Origin: a virus
Length of the DNA: 64,000 bases
Virus record (IMG/VR): IMGVR_UViG_3300031951_000028
Direction: 5' to 3' (one strand)
Shown here: positions 39,263 through 50,566 of the stretch, in pieces
Layout: each line of letters opens with the position of its first letter
How positions within the stretch are numbered: the first letter of the stretch is position 1
The notes under the pieces: model-generated
Told to the model about the DNA's origin: nothing
Seen by the model: the letters and a program-made list of their open reading frames with translations, nothing else
Databases searched by the model: none
Made by a program: the position numbers and the translations under genes

Positions 39263-40129
39263 ATGATAGTATTGTATGCATATACTGGTTTGCAAATTCC
39301 ATATGAAATCTTAAACTTTCCAGACGGTGAAACTTTTGTAAAGTTGGCCGTATCAAAAGATGATAAGATATCTATACTATGGAAGTATGAGAACGACGGC
39401 GAATTATTTACTCTCGGTTTGTTAGCTGATGTTATCAAAAATAACAAAGCTTCATTAGAGAAAATCATAATTCCTTATTTTCCTCATGCTAGACAAGATA
39501 GGGCGACCGCACCTAATCAACCGTTCTCTCTGAAAGTTTTCATGGAGATTCTAAAGAGTATTATTGGTAAAGATTCTACGCAAATATATACTCTTGATAT
39601 TCATTCCAATACGCCATTCGATTTAATAAATCATGGTAGTCTAACAAATATAAGTTCATCAATACTAACCACTAATTTTAGTTTTAGTAATATAGATTGT
39701 TTAATTTGTCCAGATAAAGGGGCAAGGAGTAGAGTAGAGGAATGGGCGTTAATGTTAAATTTGCCAATTTTATATTGCGAAAAAACCCGCGACCCGTCAA
39801 CTGGCAAATTGAGTAATCCTACTGTAGTTAATAAAAGTAATCTTAAAGAAGATTGGAAATACTTATTAGTTGATGATATTGGTACAGGATTTGGAACTCA
39901 TATAGGATTAGCAAAAAGTATCAAAAGTTTAACAAACGTTTCTATTGAAATTGTTGTTTCTCATGCTGGATTCTCTAATGGAATAGAGCCAGTATTAGAG
40001 GTCTTTGACAAAATTTATACAACAGATAGTTTAATTAAGGGATATAATAAAATAAAAGATTCAGAAAGTTTCAATAGCCGTATATTTGTAATGCCAGTAG
40101 AAAAAGTTTTTAATTTGCCTACCGTATAA
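39263..40129 (+). CDS. PRPP-synthetase family protein (candidate Adps of NARP1)
   Basis: FPDGE, PYFPHARQDR, LDIHS, PDKGA, LVDDI motifs. Confidence 0.85.
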   Translation: MIVLYAYTGLQIPYEILNFPDGETFVKLAVSKDDKISILWKYENDGELFTLGLLADVIKNNKASLEKIIIPYFPHARQDRATAPNQPFSLKVFMEILKSIIGKDSTQIYTLDIHSNTPFDLINHGSLTNISSSILTTNFSFSNIDCLICPDKGARSRVEEWALMLNLPILYCEKTRDPSTGKLSNPTVVNKSNLKEDWKYLLVDDIGTGFGTHIGLAKSIKSLTNVSIEIVVSHAGFSNGIEPVLEVFDKIYTTDSLIKGYNKIKDSESFNSRIFVMPVEKVFNLPTV

Positions 40130-40141
40130 AGGAAAATATAA

Positions 40142-41605
40142 ATGAAAGTTTTACCAATTCTATTGTCTGATAGTTATAAACAATTTCATTGGATGATGTA
40201 CCCAAAAGGGATTACTAAACTTTATAGTAATATGACCCCAAGGAATTTTAAGCACTTAAAAACTGATAAGGCTGTTTTTTTTGGATTACAGTATTATGTC
40301 AAAGAATATCTAATGAAGCAGTGGAATGAAAACTTTTTTAATCAACCAAAAGAAAAGGTATTACAAGAGTTTAAGCGATTCCATAAATATTTTAGCAACT
40401 ATGATATGTCAACAGAACATATTGAAAAGTTGCATGATTTAGGTTATCTACCAATTTCCATTAAAGCTCTACCAGAAGGCAGTCTTGTTAAAGAAAAGAT
40501 TCCTTTCTTTACTATAACAAATACCCATCCTGATTTTGCCTGGTTAGTTAATTTCCTTGAAACTCAAATGAGTACTAGTATTTGGGATTGCTGTGTAGTT
40601 GCTACAATAGCATATGAATATAAAAAGATATTAAATAAATGGGCAGACCTTACTTGTGATGATAGAAGTTTTGTACAATGGCAGGGTCATGATTTTTCTC
40701 AAAGAGGAAGAAGTAGCCAAGAAAGTACATTAAATCAGGCTGGGCATCTTTTAAGTTTTACTGGCACTGATACTATTCCTAGCGTATTAATGCTAGAAGA
40801 ATATTATAATGCCAACATGGAAAATGAATTAATTGCCAGTAGCGTGCCAGCAACTGAACATTCAGTTATGACAAGTTATGGTAAAGAAAATGAAATCAAT
40901 GCATTCGAAAGAATTTTAGAACAATTCCCTACTGGGATAGTTTCTGTCGTAAGTGATAGTTTTGATTTGTGGGCAGTGTGTACTGACTTTTGCGTTAAGC
41001 TTAAAGATAAGATATTGAATAGAGATGGAAAGTTAGTTATCCGCCCTGATAGTGGAGATCCTGTTGATATTGTTTGTGGTTTAAATACTACAGATAAAGC
41101 ACATCAATTAGATCATCCTTCATCTAAAGGCGTTGTTGAACTTCTTTGGAATGTTTTCGGTGGAAAAATTAATAGCAAGGGTTATAAAGAATTAGACCCC
41201 CATATTGGTGTTATCTATGGTGATAGTATCAGCAGAGAAAGAGCAGAAGAAATTTGCAAGCGATTAGAACAAAAAGGTTTTGCAAGTAACAATATAGTTT
41301 TTGGTATAGGAAGCTATACTTATAACTATAATACTAGAGATAGTCTTGGGATAGCTGTTAAGAGCACTTATTGTGAAGTAGACGGAATCCCTAGAGAAAT
41401 CTTTAAGGACCCTGTCACCGATGATGGAATCAAAAAGAGCGCAAAGGGTTTGCTTAAAGTTAATAAAGACAATGGAGAATATTCTTTACAAGATATGGTT
41501 TCTCCAGAAGATGAAAAAGGAGGATTCTTAGATACAGTATTCCTGGATGGAAAATTGTTAATAGACCATCGTCTAGGAGATATTAGGTCAAGGTTACAAT
41601 CATAA
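40142..41605 (+). CDS. NAMPT family protein (candidate Namat of NARP1)
   Basis: DSYK..H..MYP, HDFS.RG, VPATEHSVM, SVVSDSFD, IRPDSGDP, IYGDSI, KDPVTDDG.KKS. Confidence 0.92.
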   Translation: MKVLPILLSDSYKQFHWMMYPKGITKLYSNMTPRNFKHLKTDKAVFFGLQYYVKEYLMKQWNENFFNQPKEKVLQEFKRFHKYFSNYDMSTEHIEKLHDLGYLPISIKALPEGSLVKEKIPFFTITNTHPDFAWLVNFLETQMSTSIWDCCVVATIAYEYKKILNKWADLTCDDRSFVQWQGHDFSQRGRSSQESTLNQAGHLLSFTGTDTIPSVLMLEEYYNANMENELIASSVPATEHSVMTSYGKENEINAFERILEQFPTGIVSVVSDSFDLWAVCTDFCVKLKDKILNRDGKLVIRPDSGDPVDIVCGLNTTDKAHQLDHPSSKGVVELLWNVFGGKINSKGYKELDPHIGVIYGDSISRERAEEICKRLEQKGFASNNIVFGIGSYTYNYNTRDSLGIAVKSTYCEVDGIPREIFKDPVTDDGIKKSAKGLLKVNKDNGEYSLQDMVSPEDEKGGFLDTVFLDGKLLIDHRLGDIRSRLQS

Positions 41606-41608
41606 GAG

Positions 41609-41824
41609 ATGAATAATATGATTCAATGTGCTATTTGTAAAGCTGAAATACCGCTAGAGCGTCTTGAGTGTGGTTTTAAGACTTGCATAAATTGTTCAAA
41701 TACGAAAAAAGTTGTAGGATTTATGTCGTACGGGCATAAAACTGCTGCTGAAGTTGTAATTATTCCATCTACAGATACTGAGTCTGTAAGACGAGCGAAT
41801 AATGCATTTAATAGAAAGCGTTAA
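41609..41824 (+). CDS. DksA/TraR-type C4 zinc-finger protein
   Basis: CAIC..EIP.ERLE....TCINC. Confidence 0.65.
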   Translation: MNNMIQCAICKAEIPLERLECGFKTCINCSNTKKVVGFMSYGHKTAAEVVIIPSTDTESVRRANNAFNRKR

Positions 41825-42100
41825 CGGAGGTTACTATGTCTTACAAGCAAGCATTACAAAATGTTAGTGCTGAAATTTTTGGCATTAGATTTTATCCAGT
41901 GATTCTATCATATGATGATGAATACGTTGCGTATAAAATCTCTTGGCACGCCCGAAATAGAGAAGGTATTTTAACTCCTCAAGTAAGTGAAGAGTTATTT
42001 TATGATGGCGAGCCACAATATGTAGTAGATAATTTTTTCAAAGAGCTTGAAAGAGTTCTATTGGAAGAATTAGATATTTCTTATAATCAGTATAGTATCA

Positions 42101-42508
42101 ATGAAGACCAAGAAATTAATTACACACTGTGAAAATATAGCCTCTGTTAATATTAATAAACATCCTTTATTTTATGATAGTGGAAGAAAATTGCATTTTT
42201 CTTTTATCATAGCTGATGGAGGTATTATTGAATGGGGTTGTAATATGTCTCACGTACCACCAATCCATATGGGATATTCTCAAAGGATTGGGGGGAATGA
42301 GCCAAAACTACATAGTGAACTTGTGGCTTATAATAAATCGAAAGGTTTACTTAAAAATAATTTTGATATAATTAATGTCAGATTTAATAGAGCGGGCCAG
42401 CTTAGAATAAGCATGCCCTGTTCTGTATGTTATTCAATCTTAAAAGGATTGGGTTGTAAAGTTTTTTTCTTCTCAAATGAAGATGGTACTTATGGAAAAA
42501 TTAGATAA
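42101..42508 (+). CDS. Zn-dependent deaminase-fold protein
   Basis: LHSE...MPCSVC. Confidence 0.7.
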   Translation: MKTKKLITHCENIASVNINKHPLFYDSGRKLHFSFIIADGGIIEWGCNMSHVPPIHMGYSQRIGGNEPKLHSELVAYNKSKGLLKNNFDIINVRFNRAGQLRISMPCSVCYSILKGLGCKVFFFSNEDGTYGKIR

Positions 42509-43640
42509 ATTTATTAGAAGATTGTGTTTTGAAGAAAGTTTCTTCTCAGCACTTTCAATTCACATTGATAAGCGATTTATCAAAGATGATAAAATTACAG
42601 CTTATGTGGCAGTAAAGAAAGACTCTGATATAGAGTTAGTAATTAACGAAAATTTTTGGGATACCTTAACTGAAGACCAAAAATATGGTATTATCAAACA
42701 TGAGTTGTATCACATCTCTTTTTTCCATTTATTTAAAATGATGGAAAATAAGGCCCTGGATAATATAGCTAAGGATATTGTTGTTAATCAATATATTCCA
42801 GCTAATATGCTTCCTCCCGGTGCGGCTACTATAGAGCAATTTGCTCATCTTAATTTACTACCTCTACAAGATTTCATGACTTATTATAATATTCTGATGC
42901 AAAATCAGGATGATAAGAAAGTTAAGCAATATACTGATGCTTATAATGAAATGGGGGGCGGTGATTTAAGAGAGTGCCAAGATGGTGATGAAGGTGAGCA
43001 GTCTGATGCTAAAAAGTATGGAGAAGCTCAACTAAAGAATAACATGAAGAAAATCTTCAATGATGTTCTTAAACGCAATCGTGGAAAAATTCCTGCCGGT
43101 CTTGAATCTATAATGGATTATGTTAATACTGCTGTTGTAGATGAATTGAATTGGAAAGAAAAGTTAAAGTATTTTGCTTCTGCTGCACGCAGAGTGAAAA
43201 TTCATTTAACACGAAATAAGCTAAATAAACGTCTAGGAATGGATTATCCTGGTACAAATATTAAGCGTAAAACAAAAGTGTTAGTTGCCATAGATACGTC
43301 TGGCTCAGTAGCTGACGAAGAATTAATGAAATTTATGGAACAAGTATACTTAATGAGCAAAACAGACTGCGAAATAACAATCGTAGAATGTGATGCTAAA
43401 ATGTATGAGCCTTGGTTATTTAATAAAAAACGTAAAATTAAGTTTAAAGGACGAGGTGGAACTTCTTTTGACCCTGTATTAGAATATTTTAACAAAGAAC
43501 CTTATAATGGCCTAATCTATTTCACAGATGGTTATTGTAGCACTAGCATTTCTACAAATAAGAAAATTTTGTGGGTTGTGACTAGTGGTGGAACAATGGA
43601 ATTTCAAGCTCCCGGCAATAAAGTACAGATTAAGAATTAA
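42492..43640 (+). CDS. DUF2201-like metallopeptidase + VWA protein (copy 1)
   Basis: KHELYH, DTSGS MIDAS, GRGGT.F, YFTDG. Confidence 0.85.
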   Translation: MEKLDKFIRRLCFEESFFSALSIHIDKRFIKDDKITAYVAVKKDSDIELVINENFWDTLTEDQKYGIIKHELYHISFFHLFKMMENKALDNIAKDIVVNQYIPANMLPPGAATIEQFAHLNLLPLQDFMTYYNILMQNQDDKKVKQYTDAYNEMGGGDLRECQDGDEGEQSDAKKYGEAQLKNNMKKIFNDVLKRNRGKIPAGLESIMDYVNTAVVDELNWKEKLKYFASAARRVKIHLTRNKLNKRLGMDYPGTNIKRKTKVLVAIDTSGSVADEELMKFMEQVYLMSKTDCEITIVECDAKMYEPWLFNKKRKIKFKGRGGTSFDPVLEYFNKEPYNGLIYFTDGYCSTSISTNKKILWVVTSGGTMEFQAPGNKVQIKN

Positions 43641-43665
43641 GTTTTTTAAAAAAAGGATAATAATT

Positions 43666-44808
43666 ATGAGTTCTTCGAAAGATATCCAAAATACTTTGAC
43701 TTACGTTTTCAATAATAATAAGGAGTTGGCAAAAAAGAATCGCCCACCAGTAGCACTAGAAATTATCGGTCCTGCTGGTATTGGTAAGACTAGCGTGATT
43801 ATTGATTTTTGCAAGTATAACTCTCTTGATTATGCTAAGATTAACTTAGCTCAAATGGATGAGTTGGCAGAACTTATTGGTTGGCAAGTTCGTGAATTCA
43901 AGACTGTTGATGGTGAATGGATTAACGAAAAGCAAACTGAAAATAATAAAGTTAAGTTGACTAACGAAACTCGTACTTCTTGGTGTCCTCCTAAATGGGT
44001 TCCTACTGATACTAAGGGTGGCGTACTAATTCTTGACGACTGGAATCGTGCTGACCCACGATTTACTCAAGCTGTTATGGAGTTGATTGACCGTGGAGAA
44101 TATGTTTCTTGGAAAATGCCACAGAATTGGACTATTGTATTAACGAGTAATCCTGATAATGGTGATTACTCTGTTAATACTGTTGACCCTGCTCAACGCA
44201 CTCGTTATTTGACTGTCGAAATGTCTTTCAACCACAAAGAATGGGCTACTTGGGCTGAATTTAATAATATTGATTCGCGTTGTATCAATTTCGTATTGAT
44301 GAATCCAGAAATCATTAATAATAAGAAGGTAAATCCTCGTGCAGCTACAAAGTTCTTCGATGTGATTTCTTCTATTAAAGACTTTTCTGATAATTTAGAT
44401 TTCATTTCTACTATTGGTCATGGATTAGGTGAAGAATTTACTACCTGTTTCATTTTGGCAGTTCAAAACCGCCAAGATAAAATCATTGATATCTCTGATA
44501 TCTTTGCACTGGATTTCCCATCTGTAAAGAATCAAATGAATGATTGTACTGGTTTTGGTAGTAAGAAGTATAAGAGCAGTGTTGGTGCAACTATTATTAC
44601 TCGTATGGTGAACTACCTTGCAAAACTTAATGTTGAAGGTAAGATTACTAAGAGTCATTATAATCGTTTGCGTGAATTTTGTGACACCGCTCTACTTCCA
44701 AAGGAAAATTATTCTTATCTTTTGAAGGAAATTGCAACCATTGATAATCCAATCACTGATGCAATTTATAAGTCTAACGACACGGTCTTTACTCAATATA
44801 TTCACTAA
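43666..44808 (+). CDS. MoxR-like AAA+ ATPase (copy 1)
   Basis: GPAGIGKT, LILDDWNRA, LTSNP, DPAQRTR. Confidence 0.85.
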   Translation: MSSSKDIQNTLTYVFNNNKELAKKNRPPVALEIIGPAGIGKTSVIIDFCKYNSLDYAKINLAQMDELAELIGWQVREFKTVDGEWINEKQTENNKVKLTNETRTSWCPPKWVPTDTKGGVLILDDWNRADPRFTQAVMELIDRGEYVSWKMPQNWTIVLTSNPDNGDYSVNTVDPAQRTRYLTVEMSFNHKEWATWAEFNNIDSRCINFVLMNPEIINNKKVNPRAATKFFDVISSIKDFSDNLDFISTIGHGLGEEFTTCFILAVQNRQDKIIDISDIFALDFPSVKNQMNDCTGFGSKKYKSSVGATIITRMVNYLAKLNVEGKITKSHYNRLREFCDTALLPKENYSYLLKEIATIDNPITDAIYKSNDTVFTQYIH

Positions 44809-44811
44809 TTT

Positions 44812-45219
44812 TTGAATTTAATTTTATTTTTTTTATTTTTTTTATTTTTTGCTACGAGGATAATATATATGTCTACTTCTACTATTCATGATTTGCGGCG
44901 TGCTGGTTACAAAGTTCATGTTGACCATTACCGATATTTTATCGAAGATGTAACTTGTGATTATATCTTTACTGATAAAATCAGGAAGCGTACTAAGACC
45001 CATAAGATTCCAGTGCTAAAGAAATATAGTATGTCAACTATTACGAAAGATCGTAAGAAAGATGTGTTCGCACGCGGAGGTGAAACTGTTGTAACTATTA
45101 CAACTAATGCTGGTACTTTTAGTAGCAATGTTCATTGTTCAATTGATGATAATTATAATAAAAAGGAAGGTGCAAGTCAAGCTCTAACCAAGCTTCTCGC
45201 TGCCATAAAGTTATCATAA
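44812..45219 (+). CDS. Conserved phage hypothetical protein
   Basis: RGG.T.V...CS.DDNYNKK.G motif; probable start at MSTS. Confidence 0.6.
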   Translation: MNLILFFLFFLFFATRIIYMSTSTIHDLRRAGYKVHVDHYRYFIEDVTCDYIFTDKIRKRTKTHKIPVLKKYSMSTITKDRKKDVFARGGETVVTITTNAGTFSSNVHCSIDDNYNKKEGASQALTKLLAAIKLS

Positions 45220-45300
45220 CATGACTCTACAAGACGTTTTTTATATCTCCGCCCTTATTACTTTATGCATCAATATTTTATTCAATAAAAAGGATTATCA

Positions 45301-46164
45301 ATGAGTATTTTTAAACCAGAGCTAAACAAAACATATTTTGTTAACAAAGATATTACCAGTCTATTTACTTATGTTGAAAATCAGCGTAAGACTAAGACCC
45401 AAAAAGTTTTACTTAAAGGACCTCATGGTGCTGGTAAAACTGAAATGGCGATGCATTATGCTGCTGTAAATAAGCTACCAATGCTAATTATGGATTGTGC
45501 TAATTTGCGTGAGCCAAGAGATTGGTTTGGATATAAGAAGATTGAGAAGTCTAAGATTGTTTGGCATGAAAGTCAATTTGATAAGACTTTAGGCGAAGGT
45601 AATGTTGTTGTATTATTGGATGAGATTAATCGTGTACATCCAAGTATTCTGAATACTCTACTCCCATTGCTAGATAATCGTGGATTCACGTATCTAGAAG
45701 AAAAAGGTTCTAATATTGTTGTTGGACCTGGAGTTGTATTTTTTGCTACTATGAATGAAGGGGCTGTTTATACTGGCACTACTTCTATTGACGTTGCTTT
45801 AAAAGATAGATTTCCTCGTATTATCGAAGTAAAATATCTGGAAGCTGACAAGGAAGTAGAATTGTTAGTTAAACGCACTGGTATAGAGCAAGATGATGCC
45901 ACAAGTCTAGTACATATTGCTAACCAAATTAGAGAAAAAAGCTCTGGTATTTCTTCATCTTTTTCTAATACTATGTCTACTCGTCAACTATTAGCTGCGG
46001 CTGAAGATTTTGTTGATGGTGGAGTTGATAGTTTAACATTTACTATTACTAATTTGTTCTCACCAGAAGGTGGAACATCTAGCGAACGAGCCTCTGTATT
46101 ACAATTAATACAAGGTAAGTTTGGTGGAGTGCGTTCTAAGGCTAAGTCTCGTCTAAGTAAGTGA
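45301..46164 (+). CDS. CbbQ/NirQ/CobS-type AAA+ ATPase
   Basis: GPHGAGKT, LLDEINR, ATMNEG..YTGT, ALKDRF, STRQL. Confidence 0.88.
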   Translation: MSIFKPELNKTYFVNKDITSLFTYVENQRKTKTQKVLLKGPHGAGKTEMAMHYAAVNKLPMLIMDCANLREPRDWFGYKKIEKSKIVWHESQFDKTLGEGNVVVLLDEINRVHPSILNTLLPLLDNRGFTYLEEKGSNIVVGPGVVFFATMNEGAVYTGTTSIDVALKDRFPRIIEVKYLEADKEVELLVKRTGIEQDDATSLVHIANQIREKSSGISSSFSNTMSTRQLLAAAEDFVDGGVDSLTFTITNLFSPEGGTSSERASVLQLIQGKFGGVRSKAKSRLSK

Positions 46165-46168
46165 AAAA

Positions 46169-47959
46169 ATGTCTAAGAATTATAAAAAAAAGTGGTGGTA
46201 CGATAAGTACGACTTTGATGATGAATTTTATAAGAAAGAACAAAAAAAAGATGATGATTTTAGCTCATCTTCTTGGTGGAAAACATCTTATAAGAATCCA
46301 ACCAAAAGTTGGATGTCTAAATTAGGTGGCTACACTTATTCTTTTGGAGAATCTTCTGATGAGAAGTATCATAAAGTATTAAAACAATTACAAACATCAA
46401 TTAATATTATTAATAATAATGATATTGTTGTAAAATGGAGTGATAATACTAACAAAAATAAACATGATGATAATATTGTTTATTTGTCGCCTAATAATTT
46501 ATTAAAAGGTGGAGAAATAGATGATAATGAAATTGATGTTCTTACTGGAGAAGTTTATTTATCTAGAATGATTAAAGAGCAATCTAATAAAGACTATGAT
46601 GCAAAAAAAACTGTGTCTGAGTCAGCTTTATGGAAAGCTCTTGAGATAAATATCGCTAAAACTAATCTTGAAAAAGATTGGCCTGGTTTTATTCCTAATG
46701 TTTTGAAAAATTTAGATAATAAAAACTGTGATAAAACAAAAGTTGAAAATGTTTTAAATGCAGAAACAGTATCTATAGAAGCTATAACATCAGGTTTAAG
46801 CTGGAATTTAGTTAATCCTCATGATATGGTAGAAATACCAGAAAAATATAATGCTTGTTTAGATGCGGCGTCAGAAATATTAGCGGATGATAAAGTCGAG
46901 TATAATAGATTAGACGCTTGTAAACAAATTATAAAAAAGATTAAAGAAATTCTTGGTGTAGATGAAGATTTTGAAAAAGATTTACCTGCCCCAAAATTAG
47001 AAAGATTGTTTGGTGAAGAAAGAATATCTAATACTATTGGAGAAGGATTAAAAAATCAATCTGCTGAATCTAAAACGGATGATTTAGGTTCGCCAAAAGT
47101 TGAAGGAACTTTGGCTAAACAAGAATTATATGCTCATTTTACTTTAATGAAAAATAGAAGAATAGGCATATATGAAAAACAGGCTAGAGAATTAACAAAT
47201 CAAATTAATCATATCAAAAATAATTTGATGTTTATGGATAATAAAATGCACAATCATTCTTTTGGGCATTTATCTGGAGATATAGATGAAAATTCTCTTT
47301 TTAAAATTAAATTAAAAGATGAAAGATTAATGTCTAGACCAGATATTTTATCTAGAAAGCAGAATGCATTTTGCTTTTTATTAGATGAAAGTGGTTCAAT
47401 GGGTTGTGATAATAGAATTAGTGAAGCGCGAAAAGTATTAATTACATTAACAGAGGCGTTAAAAGATAAATTTAATATTTCTGTTTATGGGCATACTGCA
47501 GAAGGTAACGCTCCTGATGGACGTTTTATTCGCGGCACTATAATTAATGAATATTATTCTCCAAGAAATTCTGATTATAAAAGTATAATTGAAGCAAAAG
47601 CAAGACACCAAAATTTTGATGGTATGGCCATTAAACAATGTGGAAAAAGGCTTTTGCAAGATTATCCAGAATCTAGAAAAATCTTATTCCATATAGCAGA
47701 TGGTAAACCATATACTAACTATATGTATGGAGAAAAAGCAGAACAATATGTAAAAGAAGTATCTGATGAATTAAAAAAGAAAGGTGTTGAAGTTTATTGT
47801 ATAGGTATTTGTAACGCCTTCCATCGAACAGAAGGTGAAAAAATGTACGGAAAAGATCGTTTCGTTATAATAAACGATGTCGCTTCATCCGTAGGTATTT
47901 TATCAAGATTTATTCAACAAATTTGCAACAAGAGTATAGCCGCTTATGTACAAAGTTAA
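46169..47959 (+). CDS. CobT-like VWA domain protein
   Basis: LLDESGSM MIDAS, NFDG, IADGKP, IGI. Confidence 0.8.
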   Translation: MSKNYKKKWWYDKYDFDDEFYKKEQKKDDDFSSSSWWKTSYKNPTKSWMSKLGGYTYSFGESSDEKYHKVLKQLQTSINIINNNDIVVKWSDNTNKNKHDDNIVYLSPNNLLKGGEIDDNEIDVLTGEVYLSRMIKEQSNKDYDAKKTVSESALWKALEINIAKTNLEKDWPGFIPNVLKNLDNKNCDKTKVENVLNAETVSIEAITSGLSWNLVNPHDMVEIPEKYNACLDAASEILADDKVEYNRLDACKQIIKKIKEILGVDEDFEKDLPAPKLERLFGEERISNTIGEGLKNQSAESKTDDLGSPKVEGTLAKQELYAHFTLMKNRRIGIYEKQARELTNQINHIKNNLMFMDNKMHNHSFGHLSGDIDENSLFKIKLKDERLMSRPDILSRKQNAFCFLLDESGSMGCDNRISEARKVLITLTEALKDKFNISVYGHTAEGNAPDGRFIRGTIINEYYSPRNSDYKSIIEAKARHQNFDGMAIKQCGKRLLQDYPESRKILFHIADGKPYTNYMYGEKAEQYVKEVSDELKKKGVEVYCIGICNAFHRTEGEKMYGKDRFVIINDVASSVGILSRFIQQICNKSIAAYVQS

Positions 47960-48562
47960 AATATTAAATCCTTTAAAATTTAAAAAGATAATTAATAAAG
48001 CGATTTTAATATCTAAAACTTTAGACGAAGTAAGATTCTTTTATAAGAATGAATTTTATTTAAGCGTCTTACCAGATGGTTATATTCTAGATGTAAAAGA
48101 TAAAACTTTTTCGATATCTAAAAATTTAGATTATTATATTGCTTACAATGGTTCTAAAGAAGATTTTCAACATTTCATTAACATAGTGAGAAAAGAATAT
48201 GCACCCAGAAAATTGGCCTAACTCGATTAAGGAAAGCGAATATTTTTGCATTTCTGATTTAAGTTCTGAAGTTTCAACTCCAGTAGACCAAGCGCATGTA
48301 ATGGATTTATTCAAGTATGTTGGATATCCATTTAAGTTTGAAGGATTTTATGCTGGTAGTATGATTTTGGCCTCTGATAAGAAAGGTCCTCTTCCAATTA
48401 AGCTAAAGTATATTGAACGAGTGACAAAAATTTCTAATGAAGAAGTTGAAAAATTCTTTAACTGCATGAATTCTGCTCAGGATGATACTGTTGATAAGTT
48501 GAAAGGCTTATTTTCAAAGATGGTTAATCCTCAAGAACCTCCAAAAGAAGAAGGAAGCGAAG

Positions 48563-49378
48563 ATGATACTATACAAGGATAGATTGTTCTTTACAATTCC
48601 TCCAAAAGAATCTGAAATTGGTTTGACTTCTAATCATTTCTATTTTGTGAAAGGTACTGTTGGATGCCGCGAAACCCATAAGCATTTATATAGCAAATAT
48701 ATGATTAAAGAAGTAGAAAATATTATAAATGCAGATATGATTGTTATGGAGTGGCCATCATTTAAGTCTCATCATATAGATGTTAAAACAGATGATTTTA
48801 AAATGATTGAAAAATTCTATGCTATAGAACATAGCAAATTATATTTTCATGAAGTAGAAAAAATTTGGAAAGAATTTTTTGATAAACCAAAAATAAGTAT
48901 AAATACTTTTTTATCTTATTTTTTATCTGACAGAGAAGAATTGACTAAAGATACTTTTTTAGATTTGTATAATAAATGTTTACGCTGTTCTACTCCTGAA
49001 TCACTAAATGTTTTATTATCTAAAATTGTAAATATAGATATTAAATATAAACATTTAATAGGCTGTCTTAATTTTGCTATTGATAGTTCTTCTTGTGGAA
49101 GATATGGGGCGTCAGGTAATACTTTCTTTAGAAAGAGCGCTCACTCAAATATAAGGAGACTTTCTCCATGGCATTTGTTTAACGCCTATCATAATGAAGA
49201 ATTCGCTCAAGAAGAAAACAATATCATTGAACAAATTTTAAATAATGATAAAGATTTCTTTCTAGAGGAACTAGAGCTTAAAAAGAGATATCCGCATTTA
49301 GAATTGAGTATTTCTAAAAAGAAAAAAATGGAAGTGGAACAACCAATAGCCGCTTCTACTTCATGGGGTGATTTTTAA
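48563..49378 (+). CDS. Hypothetical protein
   Basis: ORF track. Confidence 0.65.
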   Translation: MILYKDRLFFTIPPKESEIGLTSNHFYFVKGTVGCRETHKHLYSKYMIKEVENIINADMIVMEWPSFKSHHIDVKTDDFKMIEKFYAIEHSKLYFHEVEKIWKEFFDKPKISINTFLSYFLSDREELTKDTFLDLYNKCLRCSTPESLNVLLSKIVNIDIKYKHLIGCLNFAIDSSSCGRYGASGNTFFRKSAHSNIRRLSPWHLFNAYHNEEFAQEENNIIEQILNNDKDFFLEELELKKRYPHLELSISKKKKMEVEQPIAASTSWGDF

Positions 49379-50565
49379 TGAGTTATAATGTCTATGATGC
49401 CATCAAAGATTTGATGTTATTAGACCCATTTTATGGCAATCTATCCATTCAGTTAGATAAATATATGACTGAATCTGTAGATACTGCCTGCGTGTCCTTG
49501 AAAAAGGATAAGATGAATATTGATTTATTAGTAAGCCCAAAATATTGGGATAAACTTAGTAATAATTTACGTCTTGGTCTAATTAAGCATGAAATGCTTC
49601 ATGTGGCATTCTTTCATCTATTTCTTGTACCTGGATATGAAGATAAAAAATTATTCAATATTGCTGCTGATTTGTGCGTGAACCAATATATTGACGCAAA
49701 TCAAGTAGGTGATAACTGGATTACTTTTAAGTCTTTTCCAGACATATCTTTTAAACCAAAAGAAAGCACAGATTATTATTATAATGTTTTAGAACAAAAT
49801 AAAAATAATCCAACTGTAAAATCTTTATTAGACCATTTAAATGCTGGAAAACCAGCAGTATGTTCTCATAAAGGTTGGGAAGGTATTCAAGATGTACCAG
49901 AAGAAATGAGAGAATTGGCCAAAAAACAACTTGAGTATCAGATGAAAGATATTTTTGATAATATCTTAAATAAAAATAGAGGTTTATTACCCGGTCATTT
50001 GGCTGGTTTGATAGACAGTTTTGGAAAAATTCAGCCTCCTATATTAGATTGGAAGCAAGCTATACGTAGATTTGCTACTGGTTCTAATAAAATTAAGTTT
50101 AAGTTAAACAAAAACAAACTTAATAAAAGATATGAAGGTTGTGATTTTCCTGGCTCTATTATTAAAAGAAAGCGAAAATTACTTGTTGCAATAGATACTT
50201 CTGGTTCAGTTTCAGGAGAAGAATTAAAGCAATTCTTAACACAAATACATCATATTTGGCGAACTGATACTGAAATCGATATTATCCAATGCGATGCTAA
50301 AATCCAGAATATTGCTAAGTATACTGGTAAAACAGTAGATTTTAAAATATTTGGAAGAGGTGGTACTGCTTTTGACCCTCCAGTGCAATATTTAAATGAA
50401 AATAACTACAATGGTTTAATTTATTTTACTGATGGAGCAGGTAGCTGCAGTGTCAAAACATTAAAACCAATTCTATGGGTTATATCTGGAAGAAATCCAT
50501 CTCATTATGGAGTATCTCAGTATATAGACCAATTACCCGGAAAGAAAGTGTTTATAGAGAAATAA
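49378..50565 (+). CDS. DUF2201-like metallopeptidase + VWA protein (copy 2)
   Basis: KHEMLH, NIAAD..VNQ, DTSGS, GRGGT.F, YFTDG. Confidence 0.85.
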   Translation: MSYNVYDAIKDLMLLDPFYGNLSIQLDKYMTESVDTACVSLKKDKMNIDLLVSPKYWDKLSNNLRLGLIKHEMLHVAFFHLFLVPGYEDKKLFNIAADLCVNQYIDANQVGDNWITFKSFPDISFKPKESTDYYYNVLEQNKNNPTVKSLLDHLNAGKPAVCSHKGWEGIQDVPEEMRELAKKQLEYQMKDIFDNILNKNRGLLPGHLAGLIDSFGKIQPPILDWKQAIRRFATGSNKIKFKLNKNKLNKRYEGCDFPGSIIKRKRKLLVAIDTSGSVSGEELKQFLTQIHHIWRTDTEIDIIQCDAKIQNIAKYTGKTVDFKIFGRGGTAFDPPVQYLNENNYNGLIYFTDGAGSCSVKTLKPILWVISGRNPSHYGVSQYIDQLPGKKVFIEK

Positions 50566-50566
50566 T

